In this document: positions 32,227 to 42,700 of the stretch, in pieces
Layout of the letters: the number at the start of each line of letters is the position of its first letter
How positions within the stretch are numbered: the stretch's first letter is position 1
Assembly: GCA_026395685.1 (NCBI GenBank)
Contig: JAPLYG010000013.1
Location: 387-64,386 of the forward strand
Length of the DNA: 64,000 nt
Origin: Candidatus Parcubacteria bacterium
GTDB lineage: Bacteria > Patescibacteriota > Patescibacteriia > CAIXNZ01
Reading direction: 5' to 3'
Notes under the pieces: model-generated
Told to the model about the DNA's origin: nothing
What the model saw: only the letters and a program-made list of their open reading frames with translations
Database searches by the model: none
Program-made: the position numbers and the translations under genes

Positions 32227-34005
32227 TTATTCTCGTTCTAACTTGATTATACCATTTTTCATCTCTGCGCTGATACTGGCAGATGAAATTTTGGCTAAAC
32301 TTGTTAAAAAGTAGGCTTTATTATCCCCGCTCATCAATTTCGGCTGGCTAAGTTTACTCTCAACCGGAAAAAGGCGATAAATTAATTTATCCTGATAATA
32401 TTCCAAACCAACAACCAAACCTTCCTGAGTTGCTTGAGAAAAATACTGGTCAAATATAAAATTCCCCAGAGAATAAAAAATCAATTTGCCGTGATATTCT
32501 TCAATATTCTGAATCACATGAGGATGATGTCCGATTATCAGATCGGCGCCGCTATCAATTAATAAATGCGCGGAAACAGACTGGGCTTTAGAATTAACTG
32601 CCTGATATTCATTTCCCCAGTGAATATTAACAATCAAAAATGAGGAGGGATTTTTTTGCTTTAACTTTTTTACTGCCTCGCTAATCTGAGAGTCGCTACA
32701 GCTCGTCGGATAAGTTTTATTTATACCGAAGAAAATAAATTTCCCCTTGGTCAAAGCTGAATCAACGCCGCATTTGAACGGGTCGCCAAAATATGAAAGG
32801 TTATTGTCTGCCAATAATTTCTTTGTTTCAGCCATTCCAGCCTGGCCTTTATTAAGAATATGATTATTAGCCAGGCAAAATATATTCAGACCGTTTTCCT
32901 TTAAAACTGGGATAATTTCATCATCAAAATTAAAACTCAAACTATTGGGGCCAAAGTCCTGCGGCTCTTTCACAATCGGGCCTTCTAAATTTGCCGCAGC
33001 CCAATCACTGCCTTTAAATAAAGTGCTGACCTGAGCAAAAGGATAGCGCAGGCTGTTTTTCTGCATAAGTTTTTCCACATTTCTATCAAACATCATATCT
33101 CCGCTAAAAAACAAAGTCTGACCTGAAAATTCCGGCTGTTTGCCAAAATCACCCTGTCCGAAAATTACGGAAAAATACGAAGTCGTTTCACTATCTTTAT
33201 CTGATCTGGAAAAATCAACAGAATTATTAGCGGCAATAAACTCATAATCCTCACTATTTTTCAAGCTAGCTGCCAAACGACTGGCATAAAGGCATTGCCA
33301 ACAGTCAACTTCTAAATTGGGAAAATTATCCTGCTCAAAATTTATTAACACGCGCTGGCTCATCACATCATGGAAGTCAGCAACGCTTTCCGGCAAATAA
33401 TGGGAAAAATCAGTACTGGAGACAATAAACAGATCTTCTTCATCAGCTAATATTTTTACTAAATTTTCAATTTCAACGCGGGGCATTTTGGCCGGAACAA
33501 TAATTGGCAGGATTTCAGCCTCAGGCAAATATTTTTTTATGGCCGGCAATAAATTATTAATGCCGTGCTCTAAGTTGACATAAGAATCATTGTAGACAAA
33601 ATTCAAACCAACGAGTTTAGGAGATAAATTTTCAGCAACCGACAAACCACGATAACTGACAGTACTTTTTTCCAGAGTAATAAAATCAACACCACTCTGC
33701 AAAAACGAGGCATTATAATGGTCAGGTGAAATAATCACAATAGTTTTGGGTTTATCTTGCTCTGCAACCTTTTGAAAAAAGTCCTCAATAATCTGGTTGG
33801 CCAGATCATGATGCGGCACGACTCCGCTGACCAGATGGAATTTACTTTCATTTTTAATTATCGGGGCGGACAACACATAGACAGGCTCTATTTTCTGACG
33901 GCAAGAGGCGTCAGCACTGAAAAAAACAATCAGACCTAAAAGTATGGCCTCAAAGATAACAAAGCCACAAATAACAATTACCACCTTGGTAAAACGGTAT
34001 AACAT
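32227..34005 (-). CDS. Memo (AmmeMemoRadiSam protein B)-CapA fusion
   Basis: VVPHH, SPDH, EHG, STDFSHY; then GDMMFDR, NLEG, LANNH, IHWG, IGHHPHV, YSLGNFIFDQ. Confidence 0.88.
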   Translation of the reverse strand: MLYRFTKVVIVICGFVIFEAILLGLIVFFSADASCRQKIEPVYVLSAPIIKNESKFHLVSGVVPHHDLANQIIEDFFQKVAEQDKPKTIVIISPDHYNASFLQSGVDFITLEKSTVSYRGLSVAENLSPKLVGLNFVYNDSYVNLEHGINNLLPAIKKYLPEAEILPIIVPAKMPRVEIENLVKILADEEDLFIVSSTDFSHYLPESVADFHDVMSQRVLINFEQDNFPNLEVDCWQCLYASRLAASLKNSEDYEFIAANNSVDFSRSDKDSETTSYFSVIFGQGDFGKQPEFSGQTLFFSGDMMFDRNVEKLMQKNSLRYPFAQVSTLFKGSDWAAANLEGPIVKEPQDFGPNSLSFNFDDEIIPVLKENGLNIFCLANNHILNKGQAGMAETKKLLADNNLSYFGDPFKCGVDSALTKGKFIFFGINKTYPTSCSDSQISEAVKKLKQKNPSSFLIVNIHWGNEYQAVNSKAQSVSAHLLIDSGADLIIGHHPHVIQNIEEYHGKLIFYSLGNFIFDQYFSQATQEGLVVGLEYYQDKLIYRLFPVESKLSQPKLMSGDNKAYFLTSLAKISSASISAEMKNGIIKLERE

Positions 34006-34034
34006 GGAATTACTGCTTCTATCTAATTAAAAGA

Positions 34035-35555
34035 TTATTTTAAATTAATTATATAAGCATCTCCATCGGTAAAAAAGTAATCACCGGCAAAATTTTTATT
34101 CAATTGCGGCTCAACAAACTGTACTTTTTGCCAATTAACAATGGCTCCGGTAGCTGTCAAGTCATTAAAGATATATTCCCGTTCCTTATCCAGGTCGGGA
34201 TTAATTGTATGCGTAAGCAACCATTTCAAACCCTCGTCTAAACTGGCCGTACCCACATAAATATTTTGCCCGTCTAATAGCTGCTGATTAGTCTGCCAAA
34301 ACCTGGCATGATGGCGACTGCGCACAGTTTGGGATTCTGTCGGCTTTTCAAAACCAAAATTGTTTACATAGCCACCCCAAAATACGGGCGTAACCGGTGC
34401 ATTAACATATTCTTTATTTAATATGGCTGCTTCTCCCAATTTAAAAATCGCGCCCAAATTCGGCGAATCAGCCAAAGACCAACCAGCTGCCTTAAAAACA
34501 TTAATTAAATCACCGTCATTTTTAGCCATAATTATAAAACTAATCGGTTCTTGCTGCTTAGACGTTGGCGTCTCACTGTATTTAGACAAGCTCAAACTGC
34601 CGCTAAATAGGTCTAAGACGTCATTGGTTTTTAATACTGCCACCTTTTTCTCTTTTGATAATTGAAAAGGTGGATTATATAAAATACCATAACCCGAATA
34701 AAGGGCAATAAATGTAAAAATTAAAATGGGAGTTAGGATTCTAAACTTTTTGCCTGCTTTTATTTTATCTTTATCTACAGGCTTAATCGCCAAAAGCAGC
34801 CATTCGATTAAACTGATACCTATTAATAACCACAAAATCCCCAGTAAATATCCGCCGATAATGTCGCTTAGAAAATGAAAACCCAAGTACATGCGGGAAA
34901 AACCGATTAATAAAATTAAAACTAAATCCGCGGCCAAAATTAAAATTTTATATTTCCAGCTTTTAATTTGTTTAAAAAGAAAATAAGCAATGAATCCGTA
35001 AAAAGCCAAAGCTAATGTGGCATGGCCACTGGGAAAAGAAAAAGAACTTAAATCAAAGACCGCCACATTTTGCGGCCGCGGACGGTGAATAATCAATTTG
35101 CCTAGATAACTAAACAGAGCGCTCCCCGCCATCACCAGCCATAAAGAAAAAATATAGACTTTTTTTTGCCACAGCCAAAGAATTGCGGAAAAAATAATTA
35201 TCCCGGCCAGAATTAATTGCCAATTGCCGAGCAGAGTAATCTTTAAAAAAATAAGCGTTAAAAGCGGATTGCGGAAAGTATAAAGCAGGCTGGTTAAATT
35301 TACATCGACAAAAACAATCGGATCAGAAGATAAAATATCAGCTATTATCCCTATAAATAAAAAAAAGATGTAAATAAAGATAATAATTATAAAAGTTAAT
35401 GGCAATCCTAAAAAATCCCGCCAATGCAGCCTTTTCTTCAAAAAACCAAAAAGTTTCGGATGATTGGCCGCCTGACTTTGCACATCCGGGTTTGATTTTA
35501 TTGCCTTATAAACTGAGCCCCATACTGATTTTACGAAAGTAAAGATTTTTTTCAT
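34035..35555 (-). CDS. PAP2 phosphatase with LssY-like C-terminal domain
   Basis: KLIIHRPRP, SFPSGH, SRMYLGFHFLSD; C-terminal RHHARFW. Confidence 0.88.
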   Translation of the reverse strand: MKKIFTFVKSVWGSVYKAIKSNPDVQSQAANHPKLFGFLKKRLHWRDFLGLPLTFIIIIFIYIFFLFIGIIADILSSDPIVFVDVNLTSLLYTFRNPLLTLIFLKITLLGNWQLILAGIIIFSAILWLWQKKVYIFSLWLVMAGSALFSYLGKLIIHRPRPQNVAVFDLSSFSFPSGHATLALAFYGFIAYFLFKQIKSWKYKILILAADLVLILLIGFSRMYLGFHFLSDIIGGYLLGILWLLIGISLIEWLLLAIKPVDKDKIKAGKKFRILTPILIFTFIALYSGYGILYNPPFQLSKEKKVAVLKTNDVLDLFSGSLSLSKYSETPTSKQQEPISFIIMAKNDGDLINVFKAAGWSLADSPNLGAIFKLGEAAILNKEYVNAPVTPVFWGGYVNNFGFEKPTESQTVRSRHHARFWQTNQQLLDGQNIYVGTASLDEGLKWLLTHTINPDLDKEREYIFNDLTATGAIVNWQKVQFVEPQLNKNFAGDYFFTDGDAYIINLK

Positions 35556-35644
35556 TGTTATTATATTATAACAAAAATCATCCTCGATGGCGAGGACGAT
35601 TTTTCACGCTTTTAAACTCCACTGAGCAGGCGAGACTTTAGACT

Positions 35645-37399
35645 TCATATGAATCCTCCAGCCTGCAATTCCCACAATTTCTTATATATTCCCAATTGTT
35701 TAGTAATCAAGCTTTGATGTGTTCCCTCTTCAATTATTTTCCCCTGGTCAACCACAACAATCCTGTCCATTTTCCTGATCGTTGATAAACGATGGGCAAT
35801 CACAATCACGGTTTTATTTTTCATTAATTTATCTAAAGCATCCTGAATTAATTTTTCTGATTCTGAATCCAGACTGGAAGTCGCCTCGTCCAGAATCAAA
35901 ATAGGCGCATTGTGCAAAATCGCCCTGGCAATAGCCACGCGCTGACGTTCACCACCGGACAATTTAATGCCTCGTTCACCGACATAAGTATCATAACCTT
36001 CGGCCAGATTTTCAATAAACTCATGGCAATTGGCAGCGATAGCGGCGTTAATAACATCCTTTTTCGTTGCTTTAGGATTACCATAACGGATATTTTCCAG
36101 TAACGGGCGATGAAATAAAATCGGATCCTGAGGCACCAGGCTGATATTTTTCCAGATGCTTTCCTGAGTTACCTGGCTGATATTTTGCCCGTCAATTATA
36201 ATCTTACCGGCTGACAAATCGTGCATGCGTAAAAGAATCTTGGCAATGGTAGTTTTACCGGCGCCTGAGGGCCCGATTATGGCAATTCTTTCGCCGGGCT
36301 TAATAGTCAGGTTAAAATTCTTAAGCACTTCCCTAGTCTGATGATAATTAAAGCCGACTTCCTTAAATTCAATTTCACCCTTATCTACTGCCAAATTTTT
36401 TGCTTTGGGAATGTCCAGAATCTCAGGTTCAGCATTAATTATTTCAGTCATTTCTTCAGCATCTGACAAACCTTCGTAAAGCCTGACTATGGTTCTGCCA
36501 AAACTCCAAATATGATTAAAAATATTTATTAAATATGCTTGTATGAGTACAAAATCACCTAAAGTTAAAATATTTTTCTGCCACAGCCGTATTGCCATAT
36601 AAAACATGCCCAATTCCAAACTAATCATAAAAAATCCCTGAACAGCATGAAAGACTTCGCTTAAGCTCCAGGAAAACCACATTAAACTCCTGACTTTTTC
36701 CTGTTTGCCTGCGAAACCCTGCTTCTCACGTTCATAAGCATTAAATAATTTCAGGTTGGCGTTATTGGTCACTGTATCAGCCAAATAACCGGTTGATTCT
36801 GACTGGGCATCATTTCTGGCTAAATCATATTTATATTTATATTTGCTAAAAACAGTTACAATCAACAAAAAAACTATCAGCCAGATAAAAATAACTAAAC
36901 CCAAATAAAAATTTCGCCAGAAAAGTATAGCGACAATAAATACTACATTTATTAATAAAGTGCCTAAATCATAGACAATGCGATCGGAAACATTTTCATA
37001 AGCTTTGACAAACCACTGTACTCTTTTGACCAGAGTGCCGACAAAATTATTATTAAAGTAGGAAAAAGAATGCAAATGCAATTTGGCAAAACAAAAGTTG
37101 GAAAGTTCTGACATTACCTTTGAAGATAAATAAACATAAGCAAAGCCCATGGTGCGCCAGCAAAACCAGGACGAAAACGAGAGGCATCCAATGATAATCA
37201 AAATATGGATTAATTGACTTACAACTTCAGGGCTATTACCCAGCATCAGCAGGTCAAAAAATTTCTTATATAAAAGAGGCTCAATCAGCTGCAAAATAGT
37301 GGCGCAAAAAACCCCGCCCAATGTCAAAAACAGGGTCGGTTTATGGCGCCAGTTAAACTGCCAGAAAATTTTAAGCGTTTTTAGAGTATTATTCTTCAT
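35645..37399 (-). CDS. ABC transporter, fused permease and ATPase
   Basis: GPSGAGKT, LSGGERQR, ILDEATSSLD. Confidence 0.95.
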   Translation of the reverse strand: MKNNTLKTLKIFWQFNWRHKPTLFLTLGGVFCATILQLIEPLLYKKFFDLLMLGNSPEVVSQLIHILIIIGCLSFSSWFCWRTMGFAYVYLSSKVMSELSNFCFAKLHLHSFSYFNNNFVGTLVKRVQWFVKAYENVSDRIVYDLGTLLINVVFIVAILFWRNFYLGLVIFIWLIVFLLIVTVFSKYKYKYDLARNDAQSESTGYLADTVTNNANLKLFNAYEREKQGFAGKQEKVRSLMWFSWSLSEVFHAVQGFFMISLELGMFYMAIRLWQKNILTLGDFVLIQAYLINIFNHIWSFGRTIVRLYEGLSDAEEMTEIINAEPEILDIPKAKNLAVDKGEIEFKEVGFNYHQTREVLKNFNLTIKPGERIAIIGPSGAGKTTIAKILLRMHDLSAGKIIIDGQNISQVTQESIWKNISLVPQDPILFHRPLLENIRYGNPKATKKDVINAAIAANCHEFIENLAEGYDTYVGERGIKLSGGERQRVAIARAILHNAPILILDEATSSLDSESEKLIQDALDKLMKNKTVIVIAHRLSTIRKMDRIVVVDQGKIIEEGTHQSLITKQLGIYKKLWELQAGGFI

Positions 37400-37527
37400 A
37401 AAATAATTTTACGCCCCGCATAAACATGCCGGGCATACACTATAAAAGACGTAAAATCAGGATAATTGTTACAAATATCAGTTTTTAGCAGGCAAACGTA
37501 AATGGCGTGAAATAAATAGCCAACCCC

Positions 37528-37556
37528 TTGACAAATTATATATTTTTTGCTAAATT
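37528..37556 (+). promoter_or_regulatory. sigma70-type promoter of the atc-like operon
   Basis: TTGACA-17 bp-TAAATT with TG extension. Confidence 0.7.
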
Positions 37557-37595
37557 AAGATAACTCTGAATGTACCTTGAAAGGAGAATATAATA

Positions 37596-37886
37596 ATGAA
37601 TGCACCTGCTGACTTGTATGAAATCATGGGTATTACCCCTAACGCATCGCTGGCTGAGATAAAAAAAGCCTACCGTGCATTAGCTTTACAGAACCATCCC
37701 GACCATAATCCGTCAGATGATGCCAAAACAAAGTGGGCTCAGATCCAAAAGGCTTATGAAATACTGGCCGATCCAGTCAAAAAACTGGAATATGATCAGG
37801 GCAAAAAAAGCGCAATTACAACCAAACCAAGGGACTTTTTACGAGACCTTTGGGATATAATGGTTAACCGAGGACTTAAAAGTTAA
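37596..37886 (+). CDS. atcJ: Short J-domain co-chaperone, AtcJ-like
   Basis: HPD motif (NHPDHNP), AYEILADP, and C-terminal P-RDFLRDL-W (PX7W). Confidence 0.8.
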   Translation: MNAPADLYEIMGITPNASLAEIKKAYRALALQNHPDHNPSDDAKTKWAQIQKAYEILADPVKKLEYDQGKKSAITTKPRDFLRDLWDIMVNRGLKS

Positions 37887-37911
37887 GCCTCAAAACACAA
37901 GGGAGGACCAC

Positions 37912-38406
37912 ATGATTATCAATTTCCCGAAAGATATGGGTGAAACCGTTCAACTCTGCGCCGACGCGATCGATAGCTACACTGACCCTGAAGATCCCAA
38001 AGCCCTTTCCCGTACTTGCGAAAAATTTTTCCTGGAGCTGAAAGACCAGGCTGATCTTCTACTCGAAGAACAGTCTTACGGTGTCATGACGCTTTTGGGC
38101 AAAATCAGGCTCATTAACAAAACTCAGGCAATCTTACTTTTCGAAAAGGGCTATTTGCCTTCCTGGGAGGACATCACGGTTGCGGCTTCGCGCCAGCAGC
38201 TGGTTAATGACCTCCGGACCAAAAACGACACTGTCGCCAGACAGATCATAATGATTGCCTTTTGTCTGTCCTGCGGTAGCGATATCCGCTGCGCCGGCAA
38301 AACAATCTTACGGACCTCTGGCGTTCCCAGCAACACCGAAACCCCGGTCAAAGAAGTCGGGGAAGAAAACGAAGGAGAAGAAGATGGATCAGAAGAAACC
38401 GACTGA
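37912..38406 (+). CDS. atcA: AtcA-like protein
   Basis: Second gene after the J-protein; GGAGG site; acidic tail; assignment mainly by synteny. Confidence 0.55.
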   Translation: MIINFPKDMGETVQLCADAIDSYTDPEDPKALSRTCEKFFLELKDQADLLLEEQSYGVMTLLGKIRLINKTQAILLFEKGYLPSWEDITVAASRQQLVNDLRTKNDTVARQIIMIAFCLSCGSDIRCAGKTILRTSGVPSNTETPVKEVGEENEGEEDGSEETD

Positions 38407-39301
38407 TCTCGTTACTTTACCTGCCGAAGAAAGAGCGAATGCGCTCAAAGTTATCACTGCCCAGTCAGGCAAACACGGCGAAAACGAGATTGAAAAACTG
38501 GCTGACACCGAAGGCGATCACTCTGCCATTGCGGTTTTGTTACGGCTCAATCCCCTGGAAATCGGCCGCCTGATCAAAACAGGCGATGTCACGGTTCCCA
38601 CCATGACCGCCATTCTGGCCAATCCTCAACAGATTGTCGAGATGCTGGCCATGGATCCGATGGCCTGGGAAAAAGAGCTCAATACGGAAAATCTTTTCGA
38701 ACTGCAGAATGAAGCGCTGGGCGTGATTTCCCAAATTCTGGCCAATACCCTTGATCGGGCCAAACAGCTTGAGATTCTAGAGGCAATCTGCGCCAACAAA
38801 AACGCTTTTTTCTATCTGTGCTTTCCCTTCATCGGGATTAACACGGACCTGGATGAAAACGAAGGCGTCAAAGGAGTCTTCCGAGAATCCAAGATTGCCA
38901 CCGAAGATCGAATTCGGGAAAAAATCCATGCTGAAACCGAACGAGTCAAGGCTGAGCTTGAAGAAAATAAAGATGAGGAGGATGAGGAGGACGACTTTGA
39001 GCCCCCTCCCAGTATCGAGACCATCGTAAGTGACGTCATCGCCAATGAACGCCAGCGAGAGCCAGTAATCGACCTCGCGGAATTCGAAGCGCGTCAAGAT
39101 CTGCTGGAGCTGATCCATGAAATCGCTCCGGAAGTTCTTACCGAAATGATGGAATTAATCTGCGAGACCGAGGATCAGGCCGGTTCCTGGGAAGGCGTCA
39201 TCAGCCAAATCAAGGAATTGCGCACCAGTGCGGAAAAACTTTTGGGACAGGAACAGGATGACGAAGAATATGTCTCCATGTTCGATCCCGAAAAGAAATA
39301 A
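38384..39301 (+). CDS. atcB: AtcB-like acidic protein
   Basis: AAGGAG before ATG at 38384; LADTEGDHSAIAVL resembles the AtcB N-terminal motif as I recall it; very acidic C-terminal half. Confidence 0.65.
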   Translation: MDQKKPTDLVTLPAEERANALKVITAQSGKHGENEIEKLADTEGDHSAIAVLLRLNPLEIGRLIKTGDVTVPTMTAILANPQQIVEMLAMDPMAWEKELNTENLFELQNEALGVISQILANTLDRAKQLEILEAICANKNAFFYLCFPFIGINTDLDENEGVKGVFRESKIATEDRIREKIHAETERVKAELEENKDEEDEEDDFEPPPSIETIVSDVIANERQREPVIDLAEFEARQDLLELIHEIAPEVLTEMMELICETEDQAGSWEGVISQIKELRTSAEKLLGQEQDDEEYVSMFDPEKK

Positions 39302-39320
39302 CAACCACAAGGAGGTTCCA

Positions 39321-41006
39321 ATGGCGGGTACAGCGATTGTTCGCCACGACTCCCGCCTGCTCCTCTTTCAAGCCCTCGGACATACACAGTTTGGGGGCTT
39401 ATTTTTTGACCAGGTCAAAAAAGAGGGCGCAGGCATGTCCTACGAATTTGCTAAAAAGTACTACACTGTCACTTCTGAACCATATCTGACTCGGGCTACT
39501 TACTGCGTTTTGGGCATTTGCAATCTGGGTCTGGTGCTGGCCAGCAAAAATCAGCTGGACATAGCTCTGAGCCTGATACAGAACAAAAAGCTGTTTGACC
39601 TTTTCCAGCTCGGCTGGGAAAAAATCAGCCAGCTGGTTAAGATGAAAAATTACTGCGACCAAAAAGAACTTGGCGACCAGACCTGGAACATTGAAAAAGA
39701 ATTGGCTGAAAGATTCAGCGCCGAACCAGGCAAAAACTGGATTGGTCTGGATGAATATACTAAAGCCAAGGATGAATATGAGAAAAATTATTTTACTGCT
39801 TTACTGCGGCAACACTTCAGACAGCACTTCATTGCCAAAGCCCGTGATCAGTATTCCTATGAACTGGGCGACTCTTACGTGAATAACAGCTTGTTTACCT
39901 CACTTCTGTTCAACGATAGAATGCATGCACCACTCAAACCTGAGGAATTTGCAGACCTGTACAACTGGTTTAAAAATCCTCGGGTATTGAAAATCATGCG
40001 CCTTAAGCTGAAAGACTTCAGTAAAACACTTACACAAAAACAGCGTCCCTTCTTTTGGGCAGAAGTTGAAGACAGCTTAAATTCCGCGGCTTTTGCCAAA
40101 CTGGCACTTTATGCACAGCAAGGCGACGAAGAAAGAAGCCTGAAAATTTTCTACTCCCAGTTCTATGTGGAGGCAAATCCTGATAAGATTTCTCAGGCCC
40201 GCTATGAAAAAGCCAAAGCTGAGTATAAAAGCCCTCTAAAAAACTTTGAGGATCTGCAGCTCGAGCTGGACAGGCTGAAAGAAAACATGCCTGATATTTC
40301 TGACAAACTGGCGATCATTGATGTGGTCTTAGAGCCCAGATTTGTTCCCTTGCTAACCGCTGACGACCTGACAAACATCATGGCTGCGGATAAAATGCTG
40401 TGGCAGACAAAAATCTGCTGGCCCCTTGTCAATGATCGGGTTTTTCACATTCTGCTGAAGGATAAATCCACCCAAAAGTATACCGGCCTCATGTTGGAAG
40501 ACTTTTTGGGCAATCTGCAGACGTTCACGAACAAACACATTAAAAAGCTGATTGCCAAGCTGCAGATGATGAGCAACACTCAGCTTTATAATCTGTGCAA
40601 AGAATCTGCTGATATGCGCGACTTTTTACTCAAGCACATCCGCAGAGAGCCGAACATATATGCTGATTCAATTTCAGCTGCCGACACCAACATCCTTTTT
40701 ATCCCGCCTAATGAATGGCCGCACCTGTGGCAAGTTTTTTCCTTGGAAAGCGCTGAGTTCATGTTCAAAGAATTGCGGCGTTACTACCGGGAACTAAATA
40801 TCCCCGCAGACCAGGCAGAACAAATGTTCTTCGAACGGGTAAAAATTGTTTGCCGCTTTTACCAGCGCGACAAAAAAAACCCGAAGAAAGATTATCCGAC
40901 CTGTGAAGCTCCGTATTACAATGCGGACCTGAAAAAGGCAGTGGCTCATACCCTGTCTCCCAAAAAATTTAAAGCCTTCAGCCAGAAACTGGCTGATCTA
41001 GCCTAA
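39321..41006 (+). CDS. atcC: AtcC-like protein
   Basis: AAGGAGG before ATG at 39321; N-terminus HDSRLLLFQAL...EGAGMSYEFAKKY resembles AtcC as I recall it; fourth gene of the operon. Confidence 0.6.
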   Translation: MAGTAIVRHDSRLLLFQALGHTQFGGLFFDQVKKEGAGMSYEFAKKYYTVTSEPYLTRATYCVLGICNLGLVLASKNQLDIALSLIQNKKLFDLFQLGWEKISQLVKMKNYCDQKELGDQTWNIEKELAERFSAEPGKNWIGLDEYTKAKDEYEKNYFTALLRQHFRQHFIAKARDQYSYELGDSYVNNSLFTSLLFNDRMHAPLKPEEFADLYNWFKNPRVLKIMRLKLKDFSKTLTQKQRPFFWAEVEDSLNSAAFAKLALYAQQGDEERSLKIFYSQFYVEANPDKISQARYEKAKAEYKSPLKNFEDLQLELDRLKENMPDISDKLAIIDVVLEPRFVPLLTADDLTNIMAADKMLWQTKICWPLVNDRVFHILLKDKSTQKYTGLMLEDFLGNLQTFTNKHIKKLIAKLQMMSNTQLYNLCKESADMRDFLLKHIRREPNIYADSISAADTNILFIPPNEWPHLWQVFSLESAEFMFKELRRYYRELNIPADQAEQMFFERVKIVCRFYQRDKKNPKKDYPTCEAPYYNADLKKAVAHTLSPKKFKAFSQKLADLA

Positions 41007-41011
41007 ACACC

Positions 41012-41042
41012 AACCCTGAACCATCCGGTTCAGGGTTTTTTT
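41012..41042 (+). terminator. Intrinsic terminator
   Basis: AACCCTGAACC-ATCC-GGTTCAGGGTT followed by a T-tract. Confidence 0.85.
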
Positions 41043-41101
41043 ATTAAATCAAAAAAGCGCTTTGTACCAGAGCGCCTTTTATATGTAAATTATTTGACTG
41101 C

Positions 41102-41485
41102 TTATTTTTTCAGACTGTCCCTGATTTCCCGCAATAAGACGATTTCCTCAGCCGGTTCCACGGACTTTGCCGCCTCTTTTTTCTTAAAGCGGCCAAGCTG
41201 TTTAATAACCATAAAAATACAAAAAGCAATGATAATAAAATCAATCACGGTATTTATAAACAAACCATAATTAATAGTCACAGCCGGTGCTGTTTCGCTG
41301 GCTTTTTTCAGGATAATTACCAGACTGGTAAAATCAACACCGCCCAAAAGCACCCCAATGGGAGGCATAATGATATCGGTAACAAGTGAGCTGACAATCT
41401 TGCCAAAAGCCCCGCCAATGATTATGCCGATTGCCATATCAATAACATCGCCCTTCATGACAAATTGTTTGAATTCCTTGAACAT
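41102..41485 (-). CDS. mscL: Large-conductance mechanosensitive channel
   Basis: [41 protein letters not shown]. Confidence 0.96.
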   Translation of the reverse strand: MFKEFKQFVMKGDVIDMAIGIIIGGAFGKIVSSLVTDIIMPPIGVLLGGVDFTSLVIILKKASETAPAVTINYGLFINTVIDFIIIAFCIFMVIKQLGRFKKKEAAKSVEPAEEIVLLREIRDSLKK

Positions 41486-41542
41486 AAATTTTGGGTTATT
41501 TTATTAATTTAAATTATTAGGACTATTTTACTAATGATGCCA

Positions 41543-41588
41543 GCCCAGCACTGTCATCCTGAGGCTCTCGAAGGATAAAGTGCTGGGC
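41543..41588. repeat. Stem-loop holding the 24-bp core TGTCATCCTGAGGCTCTCGAAGGA (copy 1)
   Basis: GCCCAGCACT...AGTGCTGGGC stem; core at 41552-41575. Confidence 0.8.
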
Positions 41589-41609
41589 AAGTCTATAATG
41601 TTTTTAAGA

Positions 41610-41909
41610 TTATCTATTCGGATGCTTACGCCTTGAATAAATTACTAATTTATCCACATTTTCTTCAATTAGAGCTTTCTTCTTGCGCCGCGACCAACCC
41701 TTAATCTGTTTTTCACGCTCAATGGTGGAATTTATATCAGTCGAATATTCGCAAAAAACCAATCTTACCGGGCGCCTTTTATAAGTATAACTTTTTTCAT
41801 TTACTTGATTATTATGTTCCCAAATCCGTCTTTCAAGATTATTTGTAACTCCCGTATAATAAGTTTTATCTTTACATTCAACAATATATACCCAATATGT
41901 TTTATACAT
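41610..41909 (-). CDS. Stand-alone GIY-YIG nuclease
   Basis: WVYIVEC...YYTGVTNNLERRIWEH, EREKQIKGWSRRKKKALI. Confidence 0.92.
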   Translation of the reverse strand: MYKTYWVYIVECKDKTYYTGVTNNLERRIWEHNNQVNEKSYTYKRRPVRLVFCEYSTDINSTIEREKQIKGWSRRKKKALIEENVDKLVIYSRRKHPNR

Positions 41910-41923
41910 AAATAATAGTTAAG

Positions 41924-41980
41924 GATTAAAATCCTAATGTCATCCTGAGGCTCTCGAAGGAGATCATTAGGATTTTAATC
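41924..41980. repeat. Stem-loop holding the same 24-bp core (copy 2)
   Basis: GATTAAAATCCTAATG...CATTAGGATTTTAATC stem; core at 41938-41961. Confidence 0.8.
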
Positions 41981-42031
41981 TCATCGTAATCAACAAAGAC
42001 AATATTTTTTTATATAACATTCCTTTTATCA

Positions 42032-42682
42032 TTATTTCAATCCCAGCACTTCCGCAAATAGGCTAAAATCCAATTCCGTGTCATAATCAATAATTTTATC
42101 CGCTTGGGAAAAATCCTGGTCTTTGGTCGCCTCATTGGGAATGACAAAACAGGTGGCGCCGCTGGCTTTGGCTGCGATCAGACCCGGATAAGAATCTTCC
42201 ACGGCCAGACATTCCTGCGGCTCAAAACCTAATTTTTCTGCCGCTCTTAAATAACAATCCGGCGCAGGTTTGCGCTGTTCACAATCCTCAAAACAAATCA
42301 GAGCCTTGAACACGCCTGCCAAGCCTGCTTTGGCCATCATTTTTTCCGTGGTGGAACGCTTTGAAGACGTTACCAGCCCCAGAGGAATATTTTCTTCCTG
42401 TAATTTCCTGATAATCGCCACTGTCTTGGAAAAAAATTCCACCTTGTCCAATTCCTGATAATAATATTCACGTTTAATTTTATTATACTCGTCAAAATCA
42501 ATATTGTATTTGGCCAGCAGGGTGTTTTTATAATCCGTGGGATGAATGCCGATAATCATTTTCTTGTCAGCCTCGTCAATTTGCACGCCCAATTTGGCAA
42601 AGGCATAAAGCGCCGAAGCCACATTAATCTTTTCCGAATCTACAATTACGCCGTCTTGGTCAAAAATTACTGCTTTAATCAT
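42032..42682 (-). CDS. HAD-superfamily phosphatase
   Basis: FDQDGVIVDSE, VTSS, KPAPD, VEDS. Confidence 0.92.
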   Translation of the reverse strand: MIKAVIFDQDGVIVDSEKINVASALYAFAKLGVQIDEADKKMIIGIHPTDYKNTLLAKYNIDFDEYNKIKREYYYQELDKVEFFSKTVAIIRKLQEENIPLGLVTSSKRSTTEKMMAKAGLAGVFKALICFEDCEQRKPAPDCYLRAAEKLGFEPQECLAVEDSYPGLIAAKASGATCFVIPNEATKDQDFSQADKIIDYDTELDFSLFAEVLGLK

Positions 42683-42700
42683 AAATTTAAATCAACTACA

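Noticed and set aside
38255-39320. ORF-track starts at 38255 and 39228
   Set aside because: They overlap upstream genes extensively; ATGs at 38384 and 39321 have strong SD sites. Likewise for over-extended starts at 44097, 44875, 48226, 55612 and 59229
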